Source of the DNA: Phaeosaccion multiseriatum
Lineage: Eukaryota; Protista; Ochrophyta, other classes
DNA length: 64,000 nucleotides
Direction of reading: 5' to 3'
Assembly (NCBI GenBank): GCA_965112735.1
Contig: OZ218960.1
Coordinates: 3,162,001 to 3,226,000, forward strand
Position 1 is the stretch's first letter, and each line of letters begins with the position of its first letter. The position numbers and the translations under genes were made by a program. A model generated the notes under the pieces. It made no database searches and had not been told where the DNA came from. It saw only the letters and a list, made by a program, of their open reading frames with translations. Of this stretch, positions 12,101-24,814 are shown in pieces.

Positions 12101-15100
12101 GACTGAGTGGTGTTCATGTTGGTGGGGACACAAGACTGAGTGGTGTTGGTGTTCATGTTGGTGACTCTTCAACTCACCGTAGCCGCCTCAGTCGCCCCAG
12201 TCCCAGCCACGGCCCCAACCAACACACCGCGGGAGCAGGTGGAGGAGGCGAGCATCACGGCACCACGTCCTTCGTAACGGCATGTGCGTCTTCCCCTCGA
12301 AGGGCCGGGCATGCCCATACCCCTGCACATGCTCATTCTCACACCAATGGCCATTCCCATGCCAAGCTGCCCGCCATCGGAGGAGGAGCCAGGTGCGTGG
12401 GTGCGTGGGTGCGTGGGTGCGTCAGTGCATAGACGCGTGTGTGCGTGCGTGTGTGCGTGCGTGTGTGCGTGCGTGTGTGCGTTTGAGACTTGCATCCTTT
12501 CTAAGGCTCTCCCACACGCGCCCTCCTTCTCTTTCTTGCTCCCTCTCCCAGCGGCCTCTCTCTACTTCACACACACACCCTCCCTCTCCCTCTCTCTGTC
12601 TCATTCTCTCTCTCTCTCTCTCTCTCATCATCGCCCTCTCTCTCCCCCCGTGCCATTTGTGCTGCAGGGCTCACCCCTCGGCCGCCGCTCCCCGCAACAG
12701 GAAGGAATGCCATGGAGGCAAGGGTGCGCACGGCAGTGACAGGGAGGGATGGCAGTGGATGGGCAGGGGGGGAGGGGGAGGGAGGGAGAGAGGATATTGC
12801 TTCTGGTTAGAGCATGGACCAGCTCCTTTGGTGGTGTCTGCATGCATGTGCTCACGTAGCCGCTCCTCCTCTTCCCCCCGCACCAGGCGCTCTCCACCCG
12901 GCCCGCACGAGTGGCGCTCTGAAGCACCAACACGCTCACCACCACCACCATCATCACCATCACCAACACCAACACCTGCACCAGCACCAGCAACACCAGC
13001 CACCGCCTAATGCGCAGCTCCGCGACAAGAACATTGTCTATTCTGACGCCGCCCGAGCCCTTGTGGCCGTGCTGTCGTGGGTGATTGATCACGACAAGGA
13101 GGGGCTTCCCTCTCCTCGGCAGGGCGGGGAGGGCAGCTGGGGAAGGGATGGGGACGGAGGTGCGCTGGAGTCAGCAAGGTCATGTTCATCTTCGTCTTCG
13201 CAGTCACAGGACTTGTCGATGGAGGCACAGTTGTCGCTGGAGTCACAACTGTCGGGAGGGCTCGTCGCGACGAAGAGCAAGAGCAAGAGAGAGAGCGAGA
13301 GCGGCGGTGAATGCACTGAACGAGGCGACGAGGGGGGTGAGCAAGACACAGCCACCAGCAGCAGAGCGGGGAGTAGGGCGGGGAGGAGGGCCTCGACCAC
13401 GGAGGGGAGGGGGAGGGGCAGGCAGGAGGGGCAGGAGGGGCAGGAGGGGCAGGAGGGGCAGTTGGTGATACAGCGGGGAGAGCAAGGGCAGCAGCACAGT
13501 CAAGACCACGAGCTTCCGCCCATCCAGGTGCACCTGGGTCGTGCATCAGTTGGTGATACAGTGGCAGCAACAGGTACATCAGTTGGTGATACAGCAGCAG
13601 TAGCAGCAGCAGCAGCAGCAGGGGTTGCAGGAGGAGGGGGGCGTGCCCGAGGGGGTGCGGCGCAGGGCGCGGGGGCACTGGCGGCAGCGGCGTCTTGTCC
13701 CAGTCTACGCAGTATTGCCACGGGGGGCGGAGAGCCCAACCACGGCCACACCCATAGCCACACCCATAGCCATAGCCATGGCCTTGGCCTCGGCCTCGGC
13801 AGCAGCAATAGCAGCAGCAACCTGCTCCACAACAGGAATGCTCAAAACGGGCAGGCGCAGGCACAGGGACTAGGACAGGGTCTCGGCCACGGGAGCAGCC
13901 ATCATAGCGGGAGTAGCCATCATAGCGGCCATCACAGCGGCCATCATAGCGGCCATCATAGCGGGCTGTTGGGTAGGATGGGCGGCGGCACAAGCACCAA
14001 GCTGCTGAGAGGAGGCACCAGGAGGACCGTCTTGGGGCAGGGAGGGGCGCACGGCCTTGGGGGGTTGGGGAGAGGGAGGGGGGCAGCAGCCACCGCAGCG
14101 GCCACCGCAGCAACCATCACCACAAGCCTGTGTATCATCCTCTCGACGAAGGCGCACCACAGAGCGACGCACTCAGGTCGGAACGGAGGGGAGAGAGGGG
14201 AGAGGGGGGGGGGGGAGATTGAGAAGCTGTCGACTGTCGCGCCCTCCTCCTTCTCTTCGTCCTCGGCTCGGCTCACCTTGCGTTTTAGGTTTCCTAGTTT
14301 CAAGTTGTTAGCGCCCCCTGGGGGGGACGTCTCTCCTGAGCTCACCGCCGTGCAAAGCGCACGGGGGCTACCAGTCTAGAGACTAAGGTGGCGGTCAGTC
14401 TAGAGACTAAGGTGGCGGTCAGTCTAGAGACTAAGGTGGCGGTCAGTCTAGAGACTAAGGTGGCGGTCAGTCTAGAGACTAAGGTGGCGGTCAGTCTAGA
14501 GACTAAGGTGGCGGTCAGTCTAGAGACTAAGGTGGATGGAACTCTCTACGTCCGAGATGGTGCCTGCAGTCTCATGCCCTTCCCATATGCTGCCACCCTC
14601 TGTCCTGCCCATCCACTGCCATCGCCAACAGGGAGATGCACACCAACCCCGTGGAGCTGGAGGCGGCCCTGAGGAAGGACAGGACGTACACGGAGCTGCC
14701 CAGGTAGGCCAGCTTGGGTACCTTGTGTTAGGGGGTATGTCTGCTTGGGTACCTTGTGTTAGGGGGCATGTCTGCTTGGGTACCTTACTTTAGGGGGCAT
14801 GTCTGCTTGGGTACCTTAGATTAGGGGCATGTCTGTTTGGTTCCTTGTGTTGGTGGGTATGTCTGCTTGGGTACCTTACATTAGGGGGCATGTCTGCTTG
14901 GGTATCTTGACGTTCGATTAGTTGCTTGGTTAGTGAGTTGGTTGTTTGTTTGGGCCTTCCTTGCCTTACTCCTTGCCGTTCCTTCGCTCCTTCTCCCTGT
15001 ACCGTTCCGCACGCACCCACACACACACGCACACCGGCCCAGCATGTTGTGTGTCCGCAACGTGTGCATTATCATACTCGCCATGATCCACCGCGGCACC

Positions 15101-15980
15101 GAAGGTGAGGCAGCAGCAGGACGTCATTTGCGTTCGTAGTAAGGCATGCGAGTCAGTAGAAAGCATGCTTGCTCTTTGCGAAGTCTGCCTCTTAGCCCGA
15201 CCTTGCCTCTTCCCTTGCCCCTTCCCCTGCCTCTGCCCCTGCCCATATGACTTTCCCCGGCTCCCTCTCTCCCTCCCTCTCTCTCTCACTCCCTCTCTCC
15301 CTCCCTCCCTCCCTCCCTCCCTCCCTCCCTCCCTCCCTCCCCCCAGAGGAGAAGAGTGATCTACGGCTCATCGCTGGTAAGGTGACTGTGCTCCGCCTCC
15401 TCACGCGTGCCCTGGAGAGCTTCTCTCTTGAAGCCGAGGCTGTAACCGCCATTGTTATGGTGCTCAGAAGCGCTCTCGTGTCCGACGACGACGAAGACGA
15501 CAAGTCCCCGGTGGGCGGCCATCATTTGCCAGGGAAACTCACAGGAGCCTCAGAGGATCGCCACCACCAACAGCAGCACCAGCAGCCGGAGTCGTCAGCG
15601 ACGGGAGATGGAGGGCAGCACACTCACACTCACACTCACCTCGCCGGCACTCACGGTTACAGGAAGCACAGCGGCCATGACCACCATCCTCACCAGCACT
15701 CCCACTCCTCGCTGCAGCAGCAGAAGCAGCAGCAGCAGCAGCAGCACCGCATGAGGGCGATTCAGAGAGGCCTACAGCTTGACGTTGTGGCCACGGAGGG
15801 CTTGCTCAAGCTGCTGCAGAGGATTTTCTTCGTCCACAAGTGAGTGGATGCGTGGATGCGTGGGAAGATGCGTAGAAAGTAGTGAATGAGTGGGTGGATG
15901 GGTGGATGGGTGGACAGGTGTGGAGGGAACTTTATTGACTTAGGTGTCATAGGTGTGGAGGTGGGAATTCGCACCGCTCT

Positions 15981-16019
<39 letters not shown>

Positions 16020-16496
16020 CGCCTCGCCCTGGCTGACTTCCATGGCTTGATGACCTGCCTCCCTTCCCCTCTGTCAGAGGCAAGTCCCGCGTGCAGGGAG
16101 AGATCGTGGCGCTGCTGCGAGAAATGGGCTTTGTGGAGAAGGCTCACACCCTGTCCAAGACCATCACCCTCGCCAACAAGCACAACCACAACCACAACCA
16201 CCAGCATCAGCATCAACATCAACAGCTAGCAGCCCCGGAAGTTGGTGATACCGCTGTAGCCGCAGCAGCAGGAGCAAGTGGTGCAGGTGATGCCACCGCA
16301 GTTGGTGATACGCACGCTTCGAAGGAAGGGGGCTCGTCATTTTCAGCTTCTGTACTGCCGCTCGTGACTGTGGCCGTGGAGATGCAAAGCTCTGCAGTCC
16401 CCATCGCTGTGGCGGGAGGCGGCTGAAAGGAGAAAGGAGCTGAAGGTGGCCCTGAGAAGGTCCTGTGAAGGGGGTCGGTTCTGTCCCATCAGGTGA
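9127..16496 (+). CDS. Large multi-exon protein: Lys-rich N-terminus, coiled coil, ARM-like helical repeats, His/Gln/Gly-rich inserts
   Basis: MGKKKKKGGGKKAQKK...; exons DAIADKYVHTVEDITPLY..., SEETRVEMKAAKRK..., AAARNRAVADDLFGMGAVQLVLKG..., GEIVALLREMGFVEKA. The 3' end is ambiguous (stop at 16426, or ~16496 in the shifted frame). Confidence 0.6.
14372..14535. repeat. Perfect 24-bp tandem repeat CAGTCTAGAGACTAAGGTGGCGGT, ~6.8 copies, intronic
   Basis: Identical units with no spacers; each unit contains AGTCT-AG-AGACT dyad symmetry. Confidence 0.95.
14712..14909. repeat. ~31-bp degenerate minisatellite GCTTGGGTACCTTGTGTTAGGGGGCATGTCT, ~6.5 copies, just after a splice donor
   Basis: Directly visible. 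Confidence 0.9.
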
Positions 16497-16894
16497 TAGA
16501 CTATCTGAATCACCAACTGGTTGAGCTGTGTTGAGTATCTGTATATCTGTATCACCAACTCACAACTCACTCGTGGGCATGCGAGCACGTGAAAAAGCCG
16601 TACATGATGCGTGAGCTGTACAAATGTCCAACAAAAGACCCTCCGCACAACCATTCCTTATAGAAGAGAACATCTCTCATTGGTGCAAGGAAGGAAGAGG
16701 CATGTCTCTTGGCAGCCATTGTATTGCCACTGACTACTGTTCCCTGTTGCGCTGCTTCTATTGCCGTGCTGCTGCTGCACTGCTGCTCCACTCTCTCCCC
16801 CTCAAAAGGCACCCCCCGCCCCCGCCCACCTCCCACCAAAGAGGGACCCCCCCCCCCCCCCCTACCTTATCTAGTCTGTCTACTCTCCTCTCCT

Positions 16895-19354
16895 CTACTC
16901 GTTGACCTCCTTGAGGAGCCAGAATCCCGCCATTTCATCGCTATCGGGCTCCTCCTGAATTGCGAGGAAGTGATACCCACTCGTGCCCTCCTTGCTCGCC
17001 TCGAACAGCTGAGCCTCCTGCTTCTGCTCGTCTCTCACCTTGAGTGTCAAGTGTCAGGACAGGGTGTGGTTAGTGTTAGGTGTCAGGACAGCGAGAGGGG
17101 TAGGACTGGTGCTACAGGTGTCGGGCCTGATGCGCCTCCCAACTCCCTCGCACACAGTGCCCACAGTGTCTCTACTCCACCATAGTGCCGCTACTCTCCC
17201 CTGGTGTACCCATATGCCGCCACTACCCAACACCTCTATTCTACCCATACACCTCTACTCTATCATATGCCCATATGCTTGTACCACTCACCATAGAGTA
17301 GAGGTACTGTGTGTTGATGCCGCACTCCAGAACCACCTCCCTCCGTTTGAGGTCAGCTTTGACGAAGGCAAGCTCCAGCCCGCTCATCCACTGGGACAGC
17401 GGCTTGGAGCGTCGAGTGAACACAACGATACCGTGCACCTGCAGATAGGAGGGGTGAGGGGTGGATGGCAGTGGATGGGTGGCAGTGGGTGGGGTGAAGG
17501 GTTGAGGGAGGGGGTCACGTAAGTTGGTTACATCGGTTACAACATGCAGGGTACTGATGAAGTTCAACACACCGCAAGTGGCAAAAACACGGCATTCAAC
17601 AAACAGGGCATGTTTTGAGTTTGACGTCTTCCCCCCCCCCCCCCCCGTTAACCCTCAACCCCACGCTGACACTCACCTGAGTGTCGTCAGGTAGGGCGGG
17701 ATCGATGGGGCACAGCTGCCCCGTGCCCACGTTCTCCTCGTTAATGTTTCCGTTACGGAACTCCGAGAGGGGCAGCGTGACGAAGGCGTAGCTCTCCCCC
17801 TTGAGTTGGTCGGGAAGCTTCTGCGGCGTGCGGATATCCAAGAAGGACGCTTGCTTCATGGCAGGCGCGTAGCCCTCCATTTTGGGGTACACCTGTTGGT
17901 TGTTCGATGGTCCATGGGATTTGGGGGTGTGGGTGAGTTGGGCACGAGTGGGTATTGCGATGATTGGTTGGGTTTAGAGTAGAATAAAGGGACAGTAAAA
18001 AAGGAGGGAAAGGGCATGAGAGACAGTTACACAAAGGGGAGGAAGGAGAGAGAGACGGACAGAGATACACAGAAAGAGGGAGAGAGAGAGCGCGTGCTCA
18101 CTCACGTTCTTCTCTCTGTCCTCAAGCCACTGGTACAGCGTGTAGGTGGTGCGGGAGGGCTGCACGGCCACGTCAACCTCCGACAGAGCGATGTTGATCA
18201 TGTTGAACATGGCGTTACGGAAAAACCGAATGATCACAGGCTTCACATCCGCCTGTGTGGGGGGTGTGGCAGTGGACGGGGGCCATAAGCAGGGTGAGGG
18301 TTGAGCATTGAGAGGGCGCTCGTCGATTGTAAACCCCCCCGGGCTCCGTGAGGTTGACATCTGTTTACTTCATCTTGCTCGGAAGCATCGCCACAGATGG
18401 TGCTTTGGGCTGGGCACAGGCCTCCATCCCTCCCTGCCTCTCCCCTCCTCTCTGTGTCTCTCCCTCTCTCTCAGACCTCCCCTCTCCCTTCTCCTTCTCT
18501 GCCTCACCTGTTCGATGACCCTTTCAACGATCTTGCGCACTTCCCTTGAGTTGACCATGTTGCCTGGGATCTACAGAGGGGCACGGAGAGAGGAAGACAG
18601 CGAGGCGGGCAGACACACGGGTGTCGCCATGAGAATGTAGAAAAGGCAGGCGAGCGCTACAGACATCTTTTTCAGCAAGGAAGGGACACTGGCGGCCCAT
18701 CTTTGGGTCGGTTTCATCCGAGGGGACTTGGGTCGATACGTACGCCCCCCAAGCAGTGCCCCAATCACATGAACCTACCTGCTCCATGTGCCGGAAGCCG
18801 CCCATGGAGTCGCACAGCAGGAGCTCCCATAGCTTCTTGCCATCGCTCATCTTGACGGGCCTCGAGTACACGTCAAGCTCCCACCTGTCCGAGGGCGTGA
18901 CGCCCTCCTCCCTCGTCGTCTCCGAGGCATACACCGGGGCCGCGGCGTCGCCTGATTTGGCGGAGGTGGAAGACAGGGGTGGCGGACGGAGGGACTCTGG
19001 CGATACGGCACCGGGGGGCGTGGCAGGAGAGGCACCGTCTGATGCGGCGCTCAATGCTGTCCTGCTGCATCGTGCACGTGTCTGATATGAGGTGCTGCTG
19101 CTGCTGCTGGTCTGACCTCGCAACACGCCCCTTCGACTCCGTGCGGCTGCTTCTGTTGCTGATGGCGGTGAGTGCGAGTGTAAGTGCTGGGAGGAGGGCG
19201 TGAGGGCTGCAGGTGCGTAGAACGACGCTGCAGGAGCCGCGAGCATCGCCGCGGCCGCTGCTGTCACAGCCACCATGAGAGGCAGCTTCGCCCCTCCACT
19301 GCACGAGCGTCTCCTACCCCTGCCGCTGCTGCTGCTACTCCCCGGAACAGTCAT
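16895..19354 (-). CDS. TAB2: Tab2/ATAB2-family plastid RNA-binding protein (DUF1092)
   Basis: Exons WELDVYSRPV...GKKLWELLLCD, VNSREVRKIVE, IRFFRNAMFNMINIAL...PSRTTYTLYQWLEDREKN, VYPKMEGY and C-terminal GYHFLAIQ...GFWLL. Signal peptide MVAVTAAAAAMLAAPAASF from ATG 19276; alternative ATG at 19354. Confidence 0.9.
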
Positions 19355-19714
19355 GGCTGACCCGTTCCCTCTCACCCTCCCCTTCTGGCAAGCAATGGAG
19401 CTTCCACCTGCGCGCTGTGGCTCCTCCTCCTATAAAAAACCTGGGACCTCTCAGTCCGTCGATGCACCGCTGAGCTCCGGCTTCTTCACGACTGGTCGGA
19501 CGGTTTTCTCTGCTGTCCTCCTTCCTGCACCCCTTATTAATTTAATTAACAATAGCTCTCCTTGAGCTGTGTGGTTTATGAATGAAAAAAGCATGGTGGG
19601 GGGGGGAAGAGTTTGAGTTCCAATTCCTCCTCCTCTTTTTTTTTTCTTCCTTTCTTCAATGCAGTCTTCTTTATTGATAGAGAGAGCAAGAGACAAGCAC
19701 AAGACAAGACAAGC

Positions 19715-20637
19715 ATGGAAGCGTTACCAATAGAGGGAGGGGGAGGCGGAGGGGGAGGAGGGGGAGGAGGAGGTGCGGCGGCTGGGGGGGGCACTCGCCT
19801 TCGGCCTGCCTTGTCCGGCAGGTTGTCTGGCACAAACACAGTGACCCTGACGGAGCAGCCGCCTGCCGCAGCTGCAGAGGGAAAGGAGGCGGACACCCTG
19901 ACTCTCCGCCTCGAGCCGAGGAGGCAGGTCCGTCAAAAGGAGGGAGGGAGAGAGGGAGGGAGGGAGGGAGGGAGGGAGGGAGGGAGAGGGAGATGTGGAA
20001 TGACGGGAGAGGCCTTGGTTCCTTCAGTCCTTCCTTGGCTCTCGCCACTGTCTGTGCGTTCTCTGGACCACTGTCTCTGCGGTCTCCTACGGATAAGTTC
20101 CCGCGGGGAGCAGGTCGCCTGCCCGTTCGTTTTTAAAGCCCGCTGGCACTTGGCCCTCACCACCGCCCTCCCCGCTTCTTCCCCTTGCCCACCCCCTCGT
20201 TACTTGCTGCTCCACGCGACAGGTGTCCTGGGGGGGACAGGTCGTCGACAACGAGCATATGAACAAGAAGAGCTCCAAACGTGAGTGCGGGAGGGGGTGC
20301 GGGAAGTGGGGCGGGGAGTGGCAGCAGGCGAAACTCTTCCATTCGGTCCTTGCCAGATGGGGTTGGACCTGCTTTGTTCTTCATCCCCACAGAGAGTCAT
20401 TTGGTCGTACCGACCTGAATCCTTGCACCGTCTCCGCCCTCCCCTCTCTACCCCCCCTGCCCCTTCCTTTCCTCCCCTCTTCCCCTTTTAGGCTGCTGCA
20501 TCTTCCACAAGGCGCGCAAGTTCGGCGAGTCGGACAGCGACGAGAGCGACTCGGACATCGACGACGATGAGCGAGCTAAGCAGTGGGCAGAGCCCAAGCC
20601 AGGCCGCCCCGCGCCCTTCCAGATGTACCACGCATAG
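19715..20637 (+). CDS. Protein phosphatase 1 inhibitor-3 (Ypi1/PPP1R11 family)
   Basis: Three exons give LTLRLEPRRQ|VSWGGQVVDNEHMNKKSSKR|CCIFHKARKFGESDSDESD. This contains an RVxW PP1-docking motif and the family's DNEHxxKKxSKxCCI. Confidence 0.92.
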
Positions 20638-22084
20638 GTCAATGAGCTTGGAGCTTGCCGCTTTGGGCTTGGAGCCCTGGCTGGCACGCTGGCGGAGCAA
20701 GTGGTGTCAATCAGTCAGCCAGTCAGTCAGTCAGGTGCCTCGTGTGTGTGTGCACGAAGTGTCAGGAGCGTGTCGGCTCTCTCTCTCCCTCTCTCTGCAG
20801 CCTTTGCAGCGTCTCTGTGTTGGCTTCGTTGGCTTGAAGCAGACAGCAGACAGACAGACAGACAAACAGCCTACCTACCCTCGGTGCGCCCCTCCCCACT
20901 TTCGCTCCGTTTGGTCCCTTTTGGCCCCTGCCGTGATGAGCTAGCATGAGCTAGCTACCTCTTGCATCTCGTGCATGTAGATAGCAGGCAGGCTCGGAGG
21001 GAGGCTGTTTCCTCACTCTCCTCACGGCTATGAAATGAGTGTTGTCGTTTTTGGCAGAAGCCCAAAGGGGCGACGGAGGACGGAGGGGGAGCTTGTGGGC
21101 CTGCTGGCGACTTAGGTGATTGATGAGGACAATCAGATGGCAGTGGACGGACGGACAGAGGGAGGGATGGCAGCGGACTGGCCTTGGATTCGCCATGGCT
21201 ATGGCTATGGCTGGAATTGATGGAATGATGGGTCTGCTTTGGGCCACTGGCGGGGGCCATGGACACACACATGCCCGCCTGCAATGGTCATCGCCGGAGG
21301 ACAGGGACTATTGAAGCTGTGCACGTAGGGCAGTTGGTGATTCACAAAGTCACAAGGGCGGCTCCCCCGCAACTGCTTCGTCCGTGATGTTCATGCATGT
21401 ATCGCGCCCCAGGTGGCAAGCTTGGCAAGTTGGTTGTACAGCTCGACGATTACAAGCGGATCTCCACTTGACAGTTACACTGCCACTCGATGTAAGGGCT
21501 GTGAAGAGCTGTGTAGTGCACTTGGCAAAAGGGAGGGAGGGGGGTGCGTTTGCCGCTGCCCCCCCCTCGGGAGGCGAGGCAGTGGTGGTACAATGGTATC
21601 ACAGATTGGGTGACACATAGAGTCCGGCCCCCGGTCTGGGCTTCATGCTGCTGCAGGGCAGGGACCCGACACCATTTACTCTGCGGCTGCAGTCTCGGAA
21701 AAGGTTTAGTTGGACGATGTGTGTGTGAGATCACCTCCTCTGCCTCTCGACTGCCGTGCTCTCTCTGCCTTTGCATCTGCTGCCATATTGCTACTCGACG
21801 AGTGGAGAGTAGGTGGAGGCGGCCGGCAGCGCGATGTCAATGAAGGATGGGAGTTTGGGGGAGGGGAGGGGGGGGGGGCAGCGACAACCACTTCAGTCCT
21901 GTTCGACTAAAGACTTCGACATTGTCATATTCGGGAACAACTCCATAATTAATGTATCCAATACGTATGTATGTATGTATGTATGTATGTATGTTAGTTA
22001 TGTATGTATATGTTGGGCCGGGGCGGTGACCAAACGCAGTCCCATCTATTGGGAAATTGGGTACCCGCTTCTTCGCCTTCCTTC

Positions 22085-22250
22085 CGATGACTTTCAATGT
22101 GACTTCTCTGCCATCTTCAATCACTTCCACTCCCTTTAATGACTTCAACTGCCATCTTCAATCACTTCCACTGCCATCTTCAATGACTTCCACTGCCATC
22201 TTCAATGCTTCCACTGCCATCTTCAATGTGACTTCCACTGCCATCTTCAC
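22085..22250. repeat. ~21-24-bp degenerate tandem repeat of CTTCCACTGCCATCTTCAAT directly after the LEA_2 gene stop codon
   Basis: About 7 units visible; each carries the dispersed GATGGCAGTGGA word or a degenerate variant. Confidence 0.85.
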
Positions 22251-23804
22251 TGCGCGATGATGGGCAGCATAACCCCGTTCATGAAGTACGTGCACTCGCT
22301 GGCGACGACGTGGAACGGGAACACGTCCGCCTGCACCGTCTGCACACAGTCGGCGTGGAGCTTCACCCCTGCCCCTGCCACAGTAAGGTCCATCTCTGCC
22401 ACTGCCTTGGCCACCATCACGCCGCTATTGGAGGTCATCTCTTTCCCCATCTGGACAAGACGGGGGGGGGGTCGGAGGGAGAGTTGCGGGCGGTTAGTGG
22501 AGCTTCACCTCCTTGCCCCTGCCGATCTCGGGGGTTGAGAGGGGTGGTGAGGTAGGAAGGGGAGGGAAGGGGAGGGGAGGAAATGAGGTGAGTGGAAAAG
22601 AAAGAGGGCAGAGGCGCGGGGAAAAGGGTGGGGGGGGGGTGAGGGTGTGGATGTGAGTGGAGGAGGAGGAGAAGCAGAGCGGAAGGAGGAGGAGAAGGAG
22701 AGGCTCAATGAAGTGCAACTGCAATGAACCCCTCTCACCTTAATGCCGAGGGCGGCAGGCAGGCTGTCAATGGCCATGTGACTGGCCACAACCTTCTTCC
22801 CCCTGGGCCCGAGCTTGAAGTCTCCGTCCACAGTGATGGTGGCGAAGGTGTGCTCCTCCTCGTCATTGGACTTCATGGCAAGAGAGATGCTGTTGACGTG
22901 CGTGCTGAGGTAGTTGGGGTTCTGGGGAGAGGTACCCAATCAGGCCCAGTAGAGGGGAGGGGAGGGGAGGGGAGGGAGGGGCAGAATGAGCGAGAGTGGG
23001 ACGCATAGACCGGGAAGCACCCATGCAAACAATGACAAGACTCTCCCTTGCTACACATCACATCACGCTACTACGTGAGAATGAGTGAAGTGTCGGCAAG
23101 CATCCCCGATAGCGCCATGCTCGTCCCTCCAGCGCCCCGCTCAGTGAGGGGAAGGAGGGAGAGATAGAGGGACGGATGGAGGGAGGACCCCCTTCACTGA
23201 CCCAGTCCGTCACACCGCAGAGGCTTACGCAAGGTGACATAACAGGAAGTAAGCACTTACGTAGACCTCCAGCTGCAGCGCTACGTTTGCGTTGGTGGAT
23301 AGGTCTAAGTTGAAGCTGATGTCTCTGTATTCCATCCCCACGATCTGCGCAAGCCAGCAAGTGAGTTTCGCATCGCATTGCATTGTGCGGTCCATGGCAA
23401 GTCCGCCCACCACCGCCACCATCACGGGGGCAAGGGGGGGGGGGGAGGAAGGGGGGGGAGGTGAGAGGCGTCCTGCACAGATGAAGCCAATAAGGGAGGG
23501 GGGCACATAAGACTGGCATTTGAATCCCTCCTCCTTGGTCACTGTCAGACGTAGTATGATAGAGTTATCAAGATACTCTTCTCGTACTCTCCCTCGGCCC
23601 TTTCCAAGCCTTTGTGGCCTCATGAAAACATGACAAAGGAAGCAGCAGATCATGAATGCTCCAGACCAGAGACAAGACATGGACTATACCTCCTTCTTCC
23701 CATCGCTTTCCCTCTCTCCCCATACACACCTGCCAGGTGGGTCCTCTGGGATAAAAGACGGCGAGGAGGAAGCCCACACCGATGACAGCAGCTACTGCTA
23801 ACAT
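22247..23804 (-). CDS. LEA_2 (NDR1/HIN1-like) single-pass membrane protein
   Basis: MLAVAAVIGVGFLLAVFYPRGPTWQ|IVGMEYRDISFNLDL...LQLEVY|NPNYLSTHVNSISL...|MGKEM...IIAQ*. The TM-PRxP...NPN pattern fits LEA_2. Start codon uncertain. Confidence 0.65.
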
Positions 23805-24258
23805 GTTGAATTTCTGCCCGAAGGTTCTAAGCGCTTCGATCTCCCTCCGATACTGTAGAGGTCGAGGACTCTCGTTTCATCATCTCGTTGCCACGCCCTG
23901 CTTCCGACTACTGTTGCTGCTGCTCTCCGGTCTCCCGCTCATTGCTCTGCCAGGGAAAACAAAAAGAGCCCCCTTTCCGTGGAAAATGCGCCTGAAGCCA
24001 CCGATCAGCTGCTGAATTGCATGTGGCCTGGTGAGATATAGGCTGATGTACAGATGTAAGGCGAAGAGAAAGAGAACAAGACAAGCGCGCGTCTTTCCCG
24101 GAGAAAAGGGGGGGGGGGGTGATTGTGTGATTGTATCATCTCTGCAGATGGCGACGATGGCGAACACACGCCCCGCGCCCTTTCTCTCTTTTTCTCCTCT
24201 CTCTCGCTCTCTCTCTCTTCCTCTCTGTTATTTTATACCACTCAGGCCCACATCTACC

Positions 24259-24772
24259 ATGTTTGCAGTATCAGCAGCGGCGAGGACGACGAGGACGATG
24301 CGAAGGACCAGGACCAGCCTGTTGGCCGTGGCCGTGGCCTACACGAGCTTCTCCACGATGCAAGGAACCTCTGTGGCGCATGCGGCCGATGCAGCATCCG
24401 GGGGTGCATCCGCCCCATCAGGCCCGCCTGTCGGCTTCTCCCCGAAGGTAGTGTGCCGTGATGGGGAGAGTATTCCGCCCCTTTAGCTTCGACACGTACT
24501 CGGGGGGGGGTTTGGGCGGGAGATATTTCGGCGCAGATACCGTAGAGAGATTGACGGGTAGCGAAGCCTCTTCTGGGGAAGCATCGTGTGCTTGAACCCT
24601 CTTTCGGCTTTGTGCTTGTTCCCTGCCCTCTCGCAGCCCGCCCCACTGACCATGCCAAGCCCCCCCCCCCTCCTTTCATGTTCTCTGCGTCATGTCATCG
24701 CGATACTTGCTCCGCGCCCCCACTGGCCACAACTCCGCCATCGTCGCTGCTCCTTCTGCTGCCGTGCTACCA

Positions 24773-24814
<42 letters not shown>

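Noticed and set aside
14372-14535. CRISPR array (24-bp palindromic repeats)
   Set aside because: Repeats are contiguous with no spacers, there are no cas genes, and it lies in a eukaryotic intron.
14712-14909. Interstitial telomeric repeat (TTAGGG)
   Set aside because: TTAGGG occurs at most once per 31-bp unit and is not tandem.
20700-22080. Gene between Ypi1 and the LEA_2 gene
   Set aside because: Only short ORFs, with no motif or consistent exon chain.
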